DNA of 64,000 bases from a virus (taxonomy: Duplodnaviria > Caudoviricetes): the IMG/VR virus record IMGVR_UViG_3300033068_001265, positions 1 to 64,000 of that record; one strand, given 5' to 3'. How positions within the stretch are numbered: position 1 is the first letter of the stretch; each line of letters starts with the position of its first letter. The notes below the pieces were generated by a model, which did no database searches, was not told the DNA's origin, and was given only the letters and a program-made list of their open reading frames with translations. Shown piece by piece: positions 9,727 to 19,040 of this stretch. Made by a program: the position numbers and the translations under genes.

Positions 9727-9985
9727 GGAACTGAGGGTCCTTCCCCTGTGTAGAATGGGACTCGGGGGAAGGACCCTAGGGTTCAAGGTGGAGGTCGATC
9801 ACATGGCGTACTGCTGGAATTGCTTGTGTCTTCCGTCCTCTGTGGAAGGAATCCGGGAACACTTGGGCGATATCACCTCAGGTTTATCGAGCTTCGCCCA
9901 AGATTTACGCAGCGTAGAGTTTTATGACGGGTTACAAGTTAAACCTCGCCCCCACGTACCTAATTACGAAAGCGACAAAGAATGA
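9719..9985 (+). CDS. hypothetical protein (CWNC)
   Basis: Overlaps both neighbours. Confidence 0.45.
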   Translation: MTEELRVLPLCRMGLGGRTLGFKVEVDHMAYCWNCLCLPSSVEGIREHLGDITSGLSSFAQDLRSVEFYDGLQVKPRPHVPNYESDKE

Positions 9986-11592
9986 AGTACTTAGACGAAT
10001 TTCTGAACAACAAATCAGTTAGACAAAACCCAGACTCAAAGTACGCAATTTCCCATGACAAGTGGGATAAGCGTAAGGCCAGTGACATTGCTGCTGAATT
10101 GGTCGATTTTCAGCAAGCGTCTAATGAGTTGTATAAGGTAGCCAAGACCGGACACGAAGCGTTACGTGACACACTACTTGCTTTGTTTAAGGTGAGTCCA
10201 CAATTACGTGACCCAAAGGAAGTTAGGCCATCTTTCCTTATCAATCACAGGATTGAACAAGAAATGATGGAACTTCCCGAGTACCAGAAGCTACATGGAA
10301 CAACCCGCGGTGATTCCGTTGCTGCTGGGCTGGCCTGTGTTGATTTGGAACCAGAGCTAGAGGTTCTGTTTGACAAACTACAAGAACAGCAGAAGCAGTC
10401 AGAAGCACTAGAGGATATGTTGGGTGAAGCAGGGGACCTAGCAGACAACCTAGATGAAATGATGGCTGCCGCTGCTGCTGCCGCTGCTGCTGGCGAAGAC
10501 GAGGAAGCTAAGAACTACCAGGACCAAATGGAGGCTATTCAAGAACAACTTGAGGAACTTCGTAAGCAAATTGAAGAAGGCACCTCGGAGTTGGAGGATG
10601 GACTGGATAAGGTCCAGCCTGAAATGAAGGCCGCTCTTAAAGAAGCTATGAATGACGCACAAAACAATGCTGAGGCTTTAGCATCGTTTGATTCTTGGTC
10701 TCTTCAACCGGGTGCTCTCAAGAAGATGAATCCCCAAGCGCGGATAGCTCTTTCAAAGAAACTCCAGACTCCCAAGTTCAAGCGAATGGCTGAAATCATT
10801 GGACGGATGCAGTCCATGGCTTTAGCCGAACAAATCAACAAAACCAATTGGGCACAAGAAGAAATCTTCGACGTGACCCTAGGATCTGATCTGACCAAGA
10901 TGATCCCAAACGAGATCATTGCCATGTCAGACGATGATCTCGTTTGGGATTGGATGCATCGCTGGATCGAAGGCAATCTACAGGAATACGCACTACGAGG
11001 CACCGAAACTGTGCAGCGTGGTGGTATCGTGTCCGCCGAGGACGGATCCGGGAGTATGAATGGGGAGCGCGAAATTTGGGCTAAGGCAATCAATCTCGCT
11101 TTACTCAAAATCGCCACGATGCAACACAGATCATTTACCTGCATTCATTTCGGCGGTGTCGGTCAATACATCTTGTTCGAATTCGACACCTCGGGCAATG
11201 AACTGAAGTTGAAGATGACTTATGGGAAGCAGGTGAGGGAGTACTCAGGGGTTGAAGCCGTTGTCGAATTTGCTGATAAGAGCATGTCATCCGGCACGGA
11301 TTTCGTCACTCCTATGTCGGTAGCTATTGATTGTATGCAAAAGGAGTTTGATGAGAAGGGTATTACAGAATCAGACTTCATCTTTCTGACTGATGGTGAA
11401 TGTGGTGTGCCACCACAGTTCTTGGAGGACTTCAAGAAGAAGCAAGCCGAACTAGACTTCAAGGTCTACGGTGTAGCTGTTTGCACCAATCCCAAGAGTG
11501 AGCCATTGAATACCATTTGTGATGGACAGGTAGCTTCTATTCAAGAGATCGCTGATCTATCCAACATGAAACCGATCTTTGGGAGCATTTGA
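9982..11592 (+). CDS. VWA-domain protein (ViaA-like), partner of the MoxR ATPase
   Basis: MIDAS DGSGSM, SGTDF, FLTDG; long N-terminal coiled coil. Confidence 0.85.
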   Translation: MKYLDEFLNNKSVRQNPDSKYAISHDKWDKRKASDIAAELVDFQQASNELYKVAKTGHEALRDTLLALFKVSPQLRDPKEVRPSFLINHRIEQEMMELPEYQKLHGTTRGDSVAAGLACVDLEPELEVLFDKLQEQQKQSEALEDMLGEAGDLADNLDEMMAAAAAAAAAGEDEEAKNYQDQMEAIQEQLEELRKQIEEGTSELEDGLDKVQPEMKAALKEAMNDAQNNAEALASFDSWSLQPGALKKMNPQARIALSKKLQTPKFKRMAEIIGRMQSMALAEQINKTNWAQEEIFDVTLGSDLTKMIPNEIIAMSDDDLVWDWMHRWIEGNLQEYALRGTETVQRGGIVSAEDGSGSMNGEREIWAKAINLALLKIATMQHRSFTCIHFGGVGQYILFEFDTSGNELKLKMTYGKQVREYSGVEAVVEFADKSMSSGTDFVTPMSVAIDCMQKEFDEKGITESDFIFLTDGECGVPPQFLEDFKKKQAELDFKVYGVAVCTNPKSEPLNTICDGQVASIQEIADLSNMKPIFGSI

Positions 11593-11891
11593 TGAATTGG
11601 GACTATCTCTCAGATGATGAACTCATCGAGTGGCATGATAACCACGCATTAGGGGGTTTCGGAATTGTTCTTATCTTGGGAGGGGTATCAGCTGGACTGC
11701 TGTTGTCCACTACCATTTCTGACAAGTTGTCAACCTGGCTCAGTTTGATGTTGCTTGGGGTTTCCTGGCTGCTCGGCGCTTATGTCAAAAACAAGTGCAA
11801 GAAATGGATGGCCGAGATGGATATCCGCAATGCTAGACTCCAAGCAGAGATAGACCAATTAAGCGCACAACTACGAGATTGGGATAACTGA
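11589..11891 (+). CDS. two-TM membrane protein
   Basis: Two hydrophobic helices followed by a coiled tail. Confidence 0.55.
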   Translation: MMNWDYLSDDELIEWHDNHALGGFGIVLILGGVSAGLLLSTTISDKLSTWLSLMLLGVSWLLGAYVKNKCKKWMAEMDIRNARLQAEIDQLSAQLRDWDN

Positions 11892-11892
11892 A

Positions 11893-12798
11893 ATGACTCG
11901 TGCAGCCCTCAAAGAAAAGACCAATAGAATAGTCAAGGAACTACAAAAGCCCATTCCGGAGGCGATCGCCTATAGCCGTGGTCCCATTCGGGATGAAATC
12001 ATGACGATGAGCGTCAATAACGGAGAGTTGTTGCGCTTATGGGCAGGAACCGCTGAGTTTGAGGTGTTCTCTGATAAATCACACGGACAGGCTGTACTGC
12101 AAGTAAACGAGGAAGCGAGGATAATCTCAGAAATCCTCAATGTTAATAGATGGAATCGAACACAACACGATAAGCGCCTTACAGGGCTACAAATTCCTAA
12201 CGATAAGATTAGTCGCAATATTCTCCTCGAAGTCACTCCAGAGATACAAAACTGGATCAACCCTCCAGGTTATAGTGTTACCTCGTCCGACCTCCAGAAG
12301 CACTTTGACACGAGTGATTGGAAGATTCCGAGTGGCGTCTATTTTGAGGGTTCTGTGGTGCTAGAACTTATTCACGAGGTCCCGGAAACAGACGCCACGT
12401 TTTTGGTTGGAATGGACGAGACAGCCCATTTCATTGCCCAGTTACCAGAAAAAGTTGAGTCAGTTGATGAAGCACATGATGTCCTGAAACCAGCACTCGC
12501 TAAGAATAGGGATGACATCAAGCGTCAAGGCGAGTGGTTTTTTGTTCCAGTAACCAATCCATCCATCCTCAGGGAACTTGAGAAGAGGGAATCTAGACTG
12601 GCGCTACGACGCCTAGAAAACTCTTCGTCGCATTCTGCAACAACGGTTTTCTACCAGAATAGACAGTATGCACTAGGACTCGTAGTTGACAGAAGGAAGG
12701 GCCACCACAAGACTCTATTACTCCCCACTTGGCACCGTGTCATTCGTAATCTGGAAGTGAATCAGCCTCGAACTCGCTCTCGGCGTAAGTGGGATTGA
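11893..12798 (+). CDS. hypothetical phage protein (RQGEWFFVP motif)
   Basis: 301-aa ORF in operon. Confidence 0.6.
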   Translation: MTRAALKEKTNRIVKELQKPIPEAIAYSRGPIRDEIMTMSVNNGELLRLWAGTAEFEVFSDKSHGQAVLQVNEEARIISEILNVNRWNRTQHDKRLTGLQIPNDKISRNILLEVTPEIQNWINPPGYSVTSSDLQKHFDTSDWKIPSGVYFEGSVVLELIHEVPETDATFLVGMDETAHFIAQLPEKVESVDEAHDVLKPALAKNRDDIKRQGEWFFVPVTNPSILRELEKRESRLALRRLENSSSHSATTVFYQNRQYALGLVVDRRKGHHKTLLLPTWHRVIRNLEVNQPRTRSRRKWD

Positions 12799-13292
12799 TG
12801 ATTTCATTAGGTCAAGTTTATCTTCGACGGAAGTTTGCCTTCTCCAAACACTTGGAGGATGTGGACAGTAGACCACGTCGTCTTCTCGGCAAGTTCCCTC
12901 GAAGAAAGCACGGGTGGCTTAGTGGTCGACTCGTCAGCTACACTGGCGATGCTTACATTACGGATGAGGGTCAGGCCAACTTAATCACATCGGAACTCAT
13001 TGAACCCAAATTATATGACGGTCAATCAACTCATGCTCTGACCTTGGACATCGACCATCCTGCGCTAATGATTCAATCAAGGACCCCAGGTCATTACCAT
13101 CTTTACATTGATCATCCTATGCCATGGACTGACTATGTAGAGGTTCTACATGTGCTTGGCAAGGTGGGGATTCTTCAAAAGGGGTATGTCGACGCATCTA
13201 TCAATCAAGGGAGAACTGCGCTCAGGAAATCTCGCTGGGACTTGCATTGGGGTAAGATTCGGGATGCTCTAAGCGATCTGGAGGACTTGTGA
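12798..13292 (+). CDS. hypothetical protein with DxD / SxTPGHxH motifs
   Basis: TGATG coupling; LDIDHP and SRTPGHYHLYID. Confidence 0.55.
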   Translation: MISLGQVYLRRKFAFSKHLEDVDSRPRRLLGKFPRRKHGWLSGRLVSYTGDAYITDEGQANLITSELIEPKLYDGQSTHALTLDIDHPALMIQSRTPGHYHLYIDHPMPWTDYVEVLHVLGKVGILQKGYVDASINQGRTALRKSRWDLHWGKIRDALSDLEDL

Positions 13293-13705
13293 AGAGGAAG
13301 TGGTCACCATACAGCAAACCTACACGTCCATCAAAACCACTCGAAACCTTTCAAGATGACCGACCTATCCTAAGTTTCACTCTGTCTCCTTATGAAGTGG
13401 TAGAATTTACCCCGGAGCAACGAGAAGTGCTTCACTCAGCTACGAGGTGTGAACTCACTGATATTGAGTGCGACTATGAGTCCGGACACTCCTATGCTTA
13501 CTTGGTGTTTAGGACCAGTGAAGAGCGAAAAAATCCCAACTACGAAGAAGATCTGATTGCATACAAGCAAAAATACGCTGAATATAGGGAGGAATTGAAG
13601 TGGTGGAACTCGGAAAAGAAAAAGAGGGATGCCATCGAGGCGGAAGAAAAACAAGCGAAGGAAATACGCGAGTACGAACGACTTAAAGCTAAGTACGGAG
13701 ACTAA
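13289..13705 (+). CDS. hypothetical protein
   Basis: GTGA overlap, SD GGAGG. Confidence 0.55.
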   Translation: MKRKWSPYSKPTRPSKPLETFQDDRPILSFTLSPYEVVEFTPEQREVLHSATRCELTDIECDYESGHSYAYLVFRTSEERKNPNYEEDLIAYKQKYAEYREELKWWNSEKKKRDAIEAEEKQAKEIREYERLKAKYGD

Positions 13706-13726
13706 CCACAAGACTGGACTTCAACC

Positions 13727-13972
13727 ATGACTATGAGTGAAGAAGATCCATTTGATGATATCATCGCCGGTTTGACGATCGAAATAGACGAGAGTGATGT
13801 GGTGGATGTCACTAAACTTGGAAACGAAGAACTCATAAACCTCTTCAACTCACTTGATGATGAAGTCACTAGAGGTCATCAAGCAATACACCCAAACAAG
13901 CAATGGGCTAGAGACAAGCACTCTCTACGAAACGCTACTGAAATAGAGTTGCGTAAGCGAGGGTTTAAATGA
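13727..13972 (+). CDS. hypothetical protein
   Basis: ORF in operon. Confidence 0.5.
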   Translation: MTMSEEDPFDDIIAGLTIEIDESDVVDVTKLGNEELINLFNSLDDEVTRGHQAIHPNKQWARDKHSLRNATEIELRKRGFK

Positions 13973-14301
13973 GGCTTCCAGATTCTAAACAATGCGCTTC
14001 ATGTAAACGAGTTTTGAAGGCTGGTAAGTTCAAGTACCTTCAAACCTCCCCAGACCATCTTGATCGTAAATGCACCACATGCCGATGCTGGAAAGGTGGA
14101 GGTAACCCATCCCTAAGTCAGGTTGAGATGGGTGAAAAATGGTTGCTACAAATGGTATCGAAGGCCAAAGAAAAATACGACCCGATAGAGGATCGGATAC
14201 TCTTTGAGGAACTGCTCTATAAACTCATGCTAGCAGAAGGGTATTTAGAACATTGGAAACCCCCAGTCTGGCTGAACACGACAATCTTCCAAAACGACTA
14301 G
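13969..14301 (+). CDS. CxxC zinc-binding hypothetical protein
   Basis: CASC...CTTC; SD GAGG. Confidence 0.5.
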   Translation: MRLPDSKQCASCKRVLKAGKFKYLQTSPDHLDRKCTTCRCWKGGGNPSLSQVEMGEKWLLQMVSKAKEKYDPIEDRILFEELLYKLMLAEGYLEHWKPPVWLNTTIFQND

Positions 14302-14312
14302 AGGAACTACAG

Positions 14313-14585
14313 ATGGTATACCTGAAGATAAAGAGAGAAGATATTAAATGGCAATGGATCTATGATATTAGTGAGGTCATCTCGATTGGATACGTTGATT
14401 TAGGTAGCTTTGACCCAACCGAATATGGTGCCCGGGTCATTGATGTGCTGAATGATGGCAGCGGCGATCCTTACGTTATCATCGTGTGTATCAAGGATGA
14501 AATGAAGGCATTAGCTTTTTACGCCACTGAGGCATACCTATGTGATCAACGATCAGCCTTTACAATCGAACGGTTGGTTCGGTGA
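14313..14585 (+). CDS. hypothetical protein
   Basis: SD GAGGA before ATG 14313. Confidence 0.5.
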   Translation: MVYLKIKREDIKWQWIYDISEVISIGYVDLGSFDPTEYGARVIDVLNDGSGDPYVIIVCIKDEMKALAFYATEAYLCDQRSAFTIERLVR

Positions 14586-14621
14586 CTAAGAGACAAACCC
14601 AGGAAATAAAGAACCTTAAAG

Positions 14622-14960
14622 ATGGAAAATCCAAAGCAGAGCGACGAATCCAAGAGCTTTACAAGAAATTCACTCAAGGTAATTCCACAAAGTGAGTTAG
14701 TTGTTGGTGGGATTTATCAGGTTATTGCTCGCAATTTCAATGTTGGCGTGTGGGACGGAGTCGCCTTTAGGGGTGTTACAGCAGAGCATGGACGGTACCG
14801 GGTCATTGCTGAAGCTCCATGGTCGAACGGGTGGCCCACGGGCACGGCAGACGCACTGGTAGCCCTAAATGATCAATCCCCCATCAGCATCTTCGATGGA
14901 TCTGACCTCATTGGGTTGCTCCTAGCGACCGAATCCGCCTTAAGCCAAGAGTCACAATAG
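14622..14960 (+). CDS. hypothetical protein
   Basis: ORF in operon. Confidence 0.55.
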   Translation: MENPKQSDESKSFTRNSLKVIPQSELVVGGIYQVIARNFNVGVWDGVAFRGVTAEHGRYRVIAEAPWSNGWPTGTADALVALNDQSPISIFDGSDLIGLLLATESALSQESQ

Positions 14961-14966
14961 GTGCCT

Positions 14967-14996
14967 TGCCTCCCTGTCCTGAATCATGTTATCTTG
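14967..14996 (+). promoter_or_regulatory. possible sigma70-type promoter
   Basis: TTGCCT-18nt-TATCTT with TGn extension, upstream of the ORF at 15066. Confidence 0.3.
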
Positions 14997-15065
14997 TGTG
15001 TGTGGGGGGACCGGAGGCGGATGGTCCGCCTTAGCCCAACTGGTAAAGCGGACGGAGACCCGCAA

Positions 15066-15431
15066 ATGAGAGTATCAAGCACAACAATAAACACGAGAAA
15101 GCAGAAAGTCCTTTCCAACCTCAGGACTCTTGGGACAGCAGATCTGGAGGCTGCAACTCAAGGGCTGGACTTAAACTACAACCAAAAGATCACCCTTATG
15201 AAGTCTTTGGTGAATCAAGGCACGGTAAAGCGTGTGGGTAAGGATGGGGCAAAGGTTCTCTACCAACGCTCTATCCCAAGGGCTACAGTCCAAAAAGCAT
15301 CTGCCCATCTTGGACAGCAACTGACTGTCACTGGTGCTCATATGGATGGAGCCGAACTCATCTGGGAGCTAGAAACTCCAGCTGGAGGTATCCTCTCAGT
15401 GAGGTTACTTGAATCACCAATAGCCGCCTAA
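15066..15431 (+). CDS. hypothetical, possibly winged-helix DNA-binding protein
   Basis: SD GGAG before ATG 15066; basic LVNQGTVKRVG segment. Confidence 0.5.
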   Translation: MRVSSTTINTRKQKVLSNLRTLGTADLEAATQGLDLNYNQKITLMKSLVNQGTVKRVGKDGAKVLYQRSIPRATVQKASAHLGQQLTVTGAHMDGAELIWELETPAGGILSVRLLESPIAA

Positions 15432-15470
15432 CCTTAGGGGATCTTCCCCAGCGACCCCTAAGTTGGCGAT

Positions 15471-15517
15471 ACAAACTCCCTACCTCCGGTGGACAGAGGT
15501 AGGGAGTTTGTGGTTTT
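15471..15517 (+). terminator. rho-independent terminator
   Basis: 16-bp stem ACAAACTCCCTACCTC/GAGGTAGGGAGTTTGT followed by GGTTTT; a second hairpin CTTAGGGG..CCCCTAAG lies just upstream. Confidence 0.65.
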
Positions 15518-15547
15518 AGATAACCAATCAGACTAAGGAGAAATACA

Positions 15548-15823
15548 ATGAGTTTCAACAGGGAAAATGTTATCTGGGAGTCCAAGGATGGAACTTGGAA
15601 TCGCGGGTTCTACGAAGCCTTCTCCGTAGGAGAGGACCCAGAGTGGGATGTAGAGTACAACTACCAAGAATTTTCCTGGGTTACCGTCGGGCTTTTATCG
15701 GAAGAACTCGCTCATCAATCTTGGCGTGGTGCTAACCCTGGTGGATATGAACTTTACCACTATTCCACAAAGTGCGATGAACTAGATGCCATGGCATTAC
15801 GCTGTCGACTCGGGCAGGGCTGA
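15548..15823 (+). CDS. hypothetical phage protein
   Basis: Strong SD TAAGGAG. Confidence 0.65.
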   Translation: MSFNRENVIWESKDGTWNRGFYEAFSVGEDPEWDVEYNYQEFSWVTVGLLSEELAHQSWRGANPGGYELYHYSTKCDELDAMALRCRLGQG

Positions 15824-15964
15824 CCCCCCTGTGGCCCCCCTGTGGCCCCGGCCCCCTGTGGCCCCTGTGGCCCCCTGTGGCCCCTGTGGCCCCTGTGGCC
15901 CCTGTGGCCTGCCCCCCCGGCCCCCTGTGGCCCCGGCCCCGGCCCCCTGTGGCCTGCCCGCCCG
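15824..15964. repeat. A-free C-rich tract with 10 copies of C(n)TGTGG
   Basis: 141 nt with no A on the + strand; 9-11 nt units. Confidence 0.9.
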
Positions 15965-16169
15965 ATCTAAACCCCTTTCGTTGACCCTCTCACAGAGACC
16001 CGAGTTCAATCATGTCTGGAAACATCAGGATAATAGAAAGGCGACTAGATGAATTGGAGCGTGCAATAAGGTTAAGGAATTGGACTGGGGTTGAGTGGGA
16101 ATTCGATAGAGTCCAACGAACAATAACTAAGTACAAGAGAGAAGAACTTACAACCAAGGAGATAAGAAC

Positions 16170-16691
16170 ATGGGATTAGATCAGTACCTGTACCTTACCC
16201 TTCCAGAGGGTACAATTGAGGACTTGACTGGAATTAAATTCTGGGAAGACTCGTATTGGTCCGAAAGCACGGACCTATGTAGAGAGGCTCTAATATCACG
16301 GGGGCTTCCTCGTGTAAATGACTACATAAACATCAGCAAGGCTGGTGCTGTCAGGATCGAGGTAGCTTACTGGCGAAAGGCTAACGCTATCCACCGATGG
16401 TTCGTAGAAAACTGTCAGGATGGCAAAGACGAATGCCAACTCAGTGACCCTATCAGTCCAGAACAATTAGCTTTCTTGAGTGACTTGTGTCAGTCAGTGC
16501 TGGATGATCCCGCCTCAGCAAGTAATCGCTTGCCTACTCAGAGTGGGTTTTTCTTTGGAGGAACTGAGTACGACGAGTGGTATTTCAAAGACCTAGAAGA
16601 AACTATCAAACAAATAAATGCCGCTCTTGAACTGGCAACATCCCCGTTGTGGCAGGGTTCCCGGGAGTTCCGCTACCAGTCCAGTTGGTGA
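16170..16691 (+). CDS. widespread conserved phage hypothetical protein (MGLDQY...YWRKANAIH...SGFFFG...YQSSW)
   Basis: SD AAGGAG; recognisable motif set; function unknown. Confidence 0.75.
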   Translation: MGLDQYLYLTLPEGTIEDLTGIKFWEDSYWSESTDLCREALISRGLPRVNDYINISKAGAVRIEVAYWRKANAIHRWFVENCQDGKDECQLSDPISPEQLAFLSDLCQSVLDDPASASNRLPTQSGFFFGGTEYDEWYFKDLEETIKQINAALELATSPLWQGSREFRYQSSW

Positions 16692-16692
16692 G

Positions 16693-16808
16693 ATATCTTA
16701 CGACACGGTTGCGATCGTCGTAACCGTGTCGTAAGATATATGTATGGCCCGTGAGGGGTCGACCGGAGGCCGATAGGTCCGGACGACAATTCACCGGGTC
16801 ATTTTTTA
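16693..16808 (+). promoter_or_regulatory. two tandem long stem-loops, the second ending in a U-tract (terminator/leader)
   Basis: 16693-16739 near-perfect palindrome; 16744-16802 bulged hairpin with GATA loop followed by TTTTTT. Confidence 0.5.
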
Positions 16809-16829
16809 TTGCCCTAACATTGGAGAAAT

Positions 16830-17255
16830 ATGAAACTCAAACGTCTAGCCATCATCGGTAGTATTGTTATTGCAACAGCCCTCACAGCTTGCACACCAAC
16901 ACAGATAGCAACCTTTCAGTCACTGGATCCCACAACACAACAAACGGTCATTCAACAAATTAGAGCACAAAATCAAACAAAATCGTCTGATTGTTATCAG
17001 GCGATTGACAAACACTGGCCAGCCAACACTCGCTCGTGGGCACGCAGCATCGTCCGTCGAGAGTCCAATAACCAGCCCCATGCACAGAATCGGTCGTCAT
17101 CGGCGGCAGGATGTTTCCAGCTTACCCGGGTACATGCTGGGCGATTTCAAGACTTGGGTTACAGTTGGAGCGACCGTTACAATGCCGACGTAAACACATT
17201 AGTTGCTTTAGACCTTTACAGGGATGCTGGAACATCGCCTTGGAGGCTAGCCTAA
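16830..17255 (+). CDS. lipoprotein lytic transglycosylase (SLT/lysozyme-like)
   Basis: Signal peptide with lipobox LTAC; catalytic RES, AQNRSSSAAGCFQL, terminal PW. Confidence 0.8.
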   Translation: MKLKRLAIIGSIVIATALTACTPTQIATFQSLDPTTQQTVIQQIRAQNQTKSSDCYQAIDKHWPANTRSWARSIVRRESNNQPHAQNRSSSAAGCFQLTRVHAGRFQDLGYSWSDRYNADVNTLVALDLYRDAGTSPWRLA

Positions 17256-17753
17256 TTAGATCCAAGTCAATAGAAAAGGCCGAGACACCGGGGGAGTGTC
17301 TCGGCCTTTATACGTTTTAACTACTTCTGAGATATAATCCATGCATTTCACAAAGATGTAACCCTTAGGCCTCGTTATTCTCGTTATCTCAGACAATCCA
17401 TCGTTAATAAGTGCCTGCAATTCCTTCGGGGAAGTCGGCGCATTAAACAGTCCAAACCTACCGTACAGATCCTTAACCTTTGAGGTTGCTCGTCCACCAA
17501 CTGAAACGTACGGTGGGTCGTATGCTGCACCATCAAAGGTGTTGTCAGCGTAAGGTAACGATCTGAAATCTACACCGTCTAAGGCAATATCATGGATAGT
17601 TAGATAGTCCGGCTGCCACACCGTCCACCAGTTCCCCTTGCCGTAGGTAGGATCTATGATGGTCCCGGCATCTTTCCAATAGAGAGACGCCGCATCAGCT
17701 ATAAGGTCTCCATTAGAGGCCCATGTGGTGGCTGCTAGAATCGGTTTACTCAT
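17256..17753 (-). CDS. DNA amino-methyltransferase (N6A/N4C), possibly C-terminally truncated
   Basis: DPTYGKG SAM motif and DPPY catalytic motif; last 20 codons run through the terminator. Confidence 0.65.
   Translation of the reverse strand: MSKPILAATTWASNGDLIADAASLYWKDAGTIIDPTYGKGNWWTVWQPDYLTIHDIALDGVDFRSLPYADNTFDGAAYDPPYVSVGGRATSKVKDLYGRFGLFNAPTSPKELQALINDGLSEITRITRPKGYIFVKCMDYISEVVKTYKGRDTPPVSRPFLLTWI
17274..17310. terminator. bidirectional terminator at the convergence of the two transcription blocks
   Basis: AAAAGGCCGAGACAC-7nt-GTGTCTCGGCCTTTA. Confidence 0.75.
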
Positions 17754-18739
17754 GAATCCAACAATGCTGATACATACCGATTGAACAACTCAGAGTCACC
17801 CTCAACATGATTAGCCGCATTAAGTTTACCCTGGCCCAGCTTTTCACCGGTTTCAGCATCAGCAAACCAAGCGCCAGACTGCTTGATTAACCCCCCAGCA
17901 ACACCTAGCTCTATCAGGGTGGACCCATTGCTGATCCCTGACTCATAGTAGATGTCGAAGGTACTGGTTTGGAATGGTGGAGCGTGACGGTTTTTGGTGA
18001 CTTTAACCTTGACCTGATGGCCTATCACGGGGTCGGCACCCAGATTCTTGATCCTACTGACCTCTAGTCTGGTCGAACACCAGAATGAAAGTGCTTTACC
18101 ACCTGTTGTGACTGTTTGTGGTCCGTACCCCATGGACTGAATATTGGCCCGCAGCTGGTTAACCCAAAAGATAATGGCATCAGATCGAACACTGGTCATC
18201 TTCGAACGGAGTTTTCTCAACCCTTGGCTCATCAGACGGGCCTGAACGGCCATCTGAGCGTCGCCGTAGTCCCCGGAGATTTCCGAGCGAGGCACCATCC
18301 CAGCGACCGAATCAACGACAATGAGAGGGATCTCATCGACTTCTAGGAGTTCATCCAAGATTGTCAGGGTATCCTCGGTTGACTCGGGTTGAGCGATCAT
18401 GAGTTTGGAAATATCCACTCCGGAAGTTTCAAGCATGTGTGGGTCCAGAGAATGCTCTAGATCCACATAGACACAATTCCCCAACTCCTGAGCCTGAGCA
18501 ATAGCTGATTGAGCAATGGCTGATTTACCTGAACCAGCAACACCAGCAGCCTCAACAAAGGTTCCCTTAGGAAGCCCACCCCCGAGAATCTTATCTACTG
18601 CCAGGACCCCCGTAGGGATGCGCTCAACTTCTAGAGCTTCATCATCTAAGCTCGTCAGGACCCCATCCCCCAAAGTCTTCGCTATAGACATCTTCACGTC
18701 CGCGAGGCTTTTTTTGGTGGAAGTTTTTTTTGTTGCCAT
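17750..18739 (-). CDS. recA: RecA recombinase
   Basis: IPTG, GGGLPKG, GVAGSGKS, VVDSVAG, QARLMSQGLRKL, NQLR, TTGGKAL, GAWF, GQG; start at MATKK after GGAG. Confidence 0.95.
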   Translation of the reverse strand: MATKKTSTKKSLADVKMSIAKTLGDGVLTSLDDEALEVERIPTGVLAVDKILGGGLPKGTFVEAAGVAGSGKSAIAQSAIAQAQELGNCVYVDLEHSLDPHMLETSGVDISKLMIAQPESTEDTLTILDELLEVDEIPLIVVDSVAGMVPRSEISGDYGDAQMAVQARLMSQGLRKLRSKMTSVRSDAIIFWVNQLRANIQSMGYGPQTVTTGGKALSFWCSTRLEVSRIKNLGADPVIGHQVKVKVTKNRHAPPFQTSTFDIYYESGISNGSTLIELGVAGGLIKQSGAWFADAETGEKLGQGKLNAANHVEGDSELFNRYVSALLDS

Positions 18740-18833
18740 TCTCAATCTCCATTTGATGTTGCTTCTGCAACTGCTTTCTTTGCTGTGCCTTAGCACGACG
18801 AGATTGAGACCAACGACCCTCACTCACAGAAAA

Positions 18834-19040
18834 TCACCATAAGGTTTCCTTTATCAACAACCGCCAATGACGAGGGATCATTCCGTGTTTTATAAGTGAA
18901 GACCACCCATCTGTCGGTGGCACTGAAGCACCCCACACTCCGCAAGGGAATGAATGACCTGAGGCGATGCAGTGGAATTGACTGTTACGTTCTAGAAAAG
19001 CTTCTATAAGAACGTCTAGGTCAATGTCTTCTTCATCCAC
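18834..19040 (-). CDS. hypothetical protein
   Basis: SD GGGGA. Confidence 0.4.
   Translation of the reverse strand: MDEEDIDLDVLIEAFLERNSQFHCIASGHSFPCGVWGASVPPTDGWSSLIKHGMIPRHWRLLIKETLW

Noticed and set aside
9735-9777. Inverted repeat GGGTCCTTCCCC...GGGGAAGGACCC between the MoxR and VWA genes
   Set aside because: Lies inside a coupled ORF, with a long loop and no U-tract; function unsupported
15786-16052. Collagen-like ORF (15797..16009 -) and Pro/Cys ORF (15786..16052 +)
   Set aside because: By-products of the C/G-rich repeat; no SD, and the collagen-like ORF is antisense to the operon
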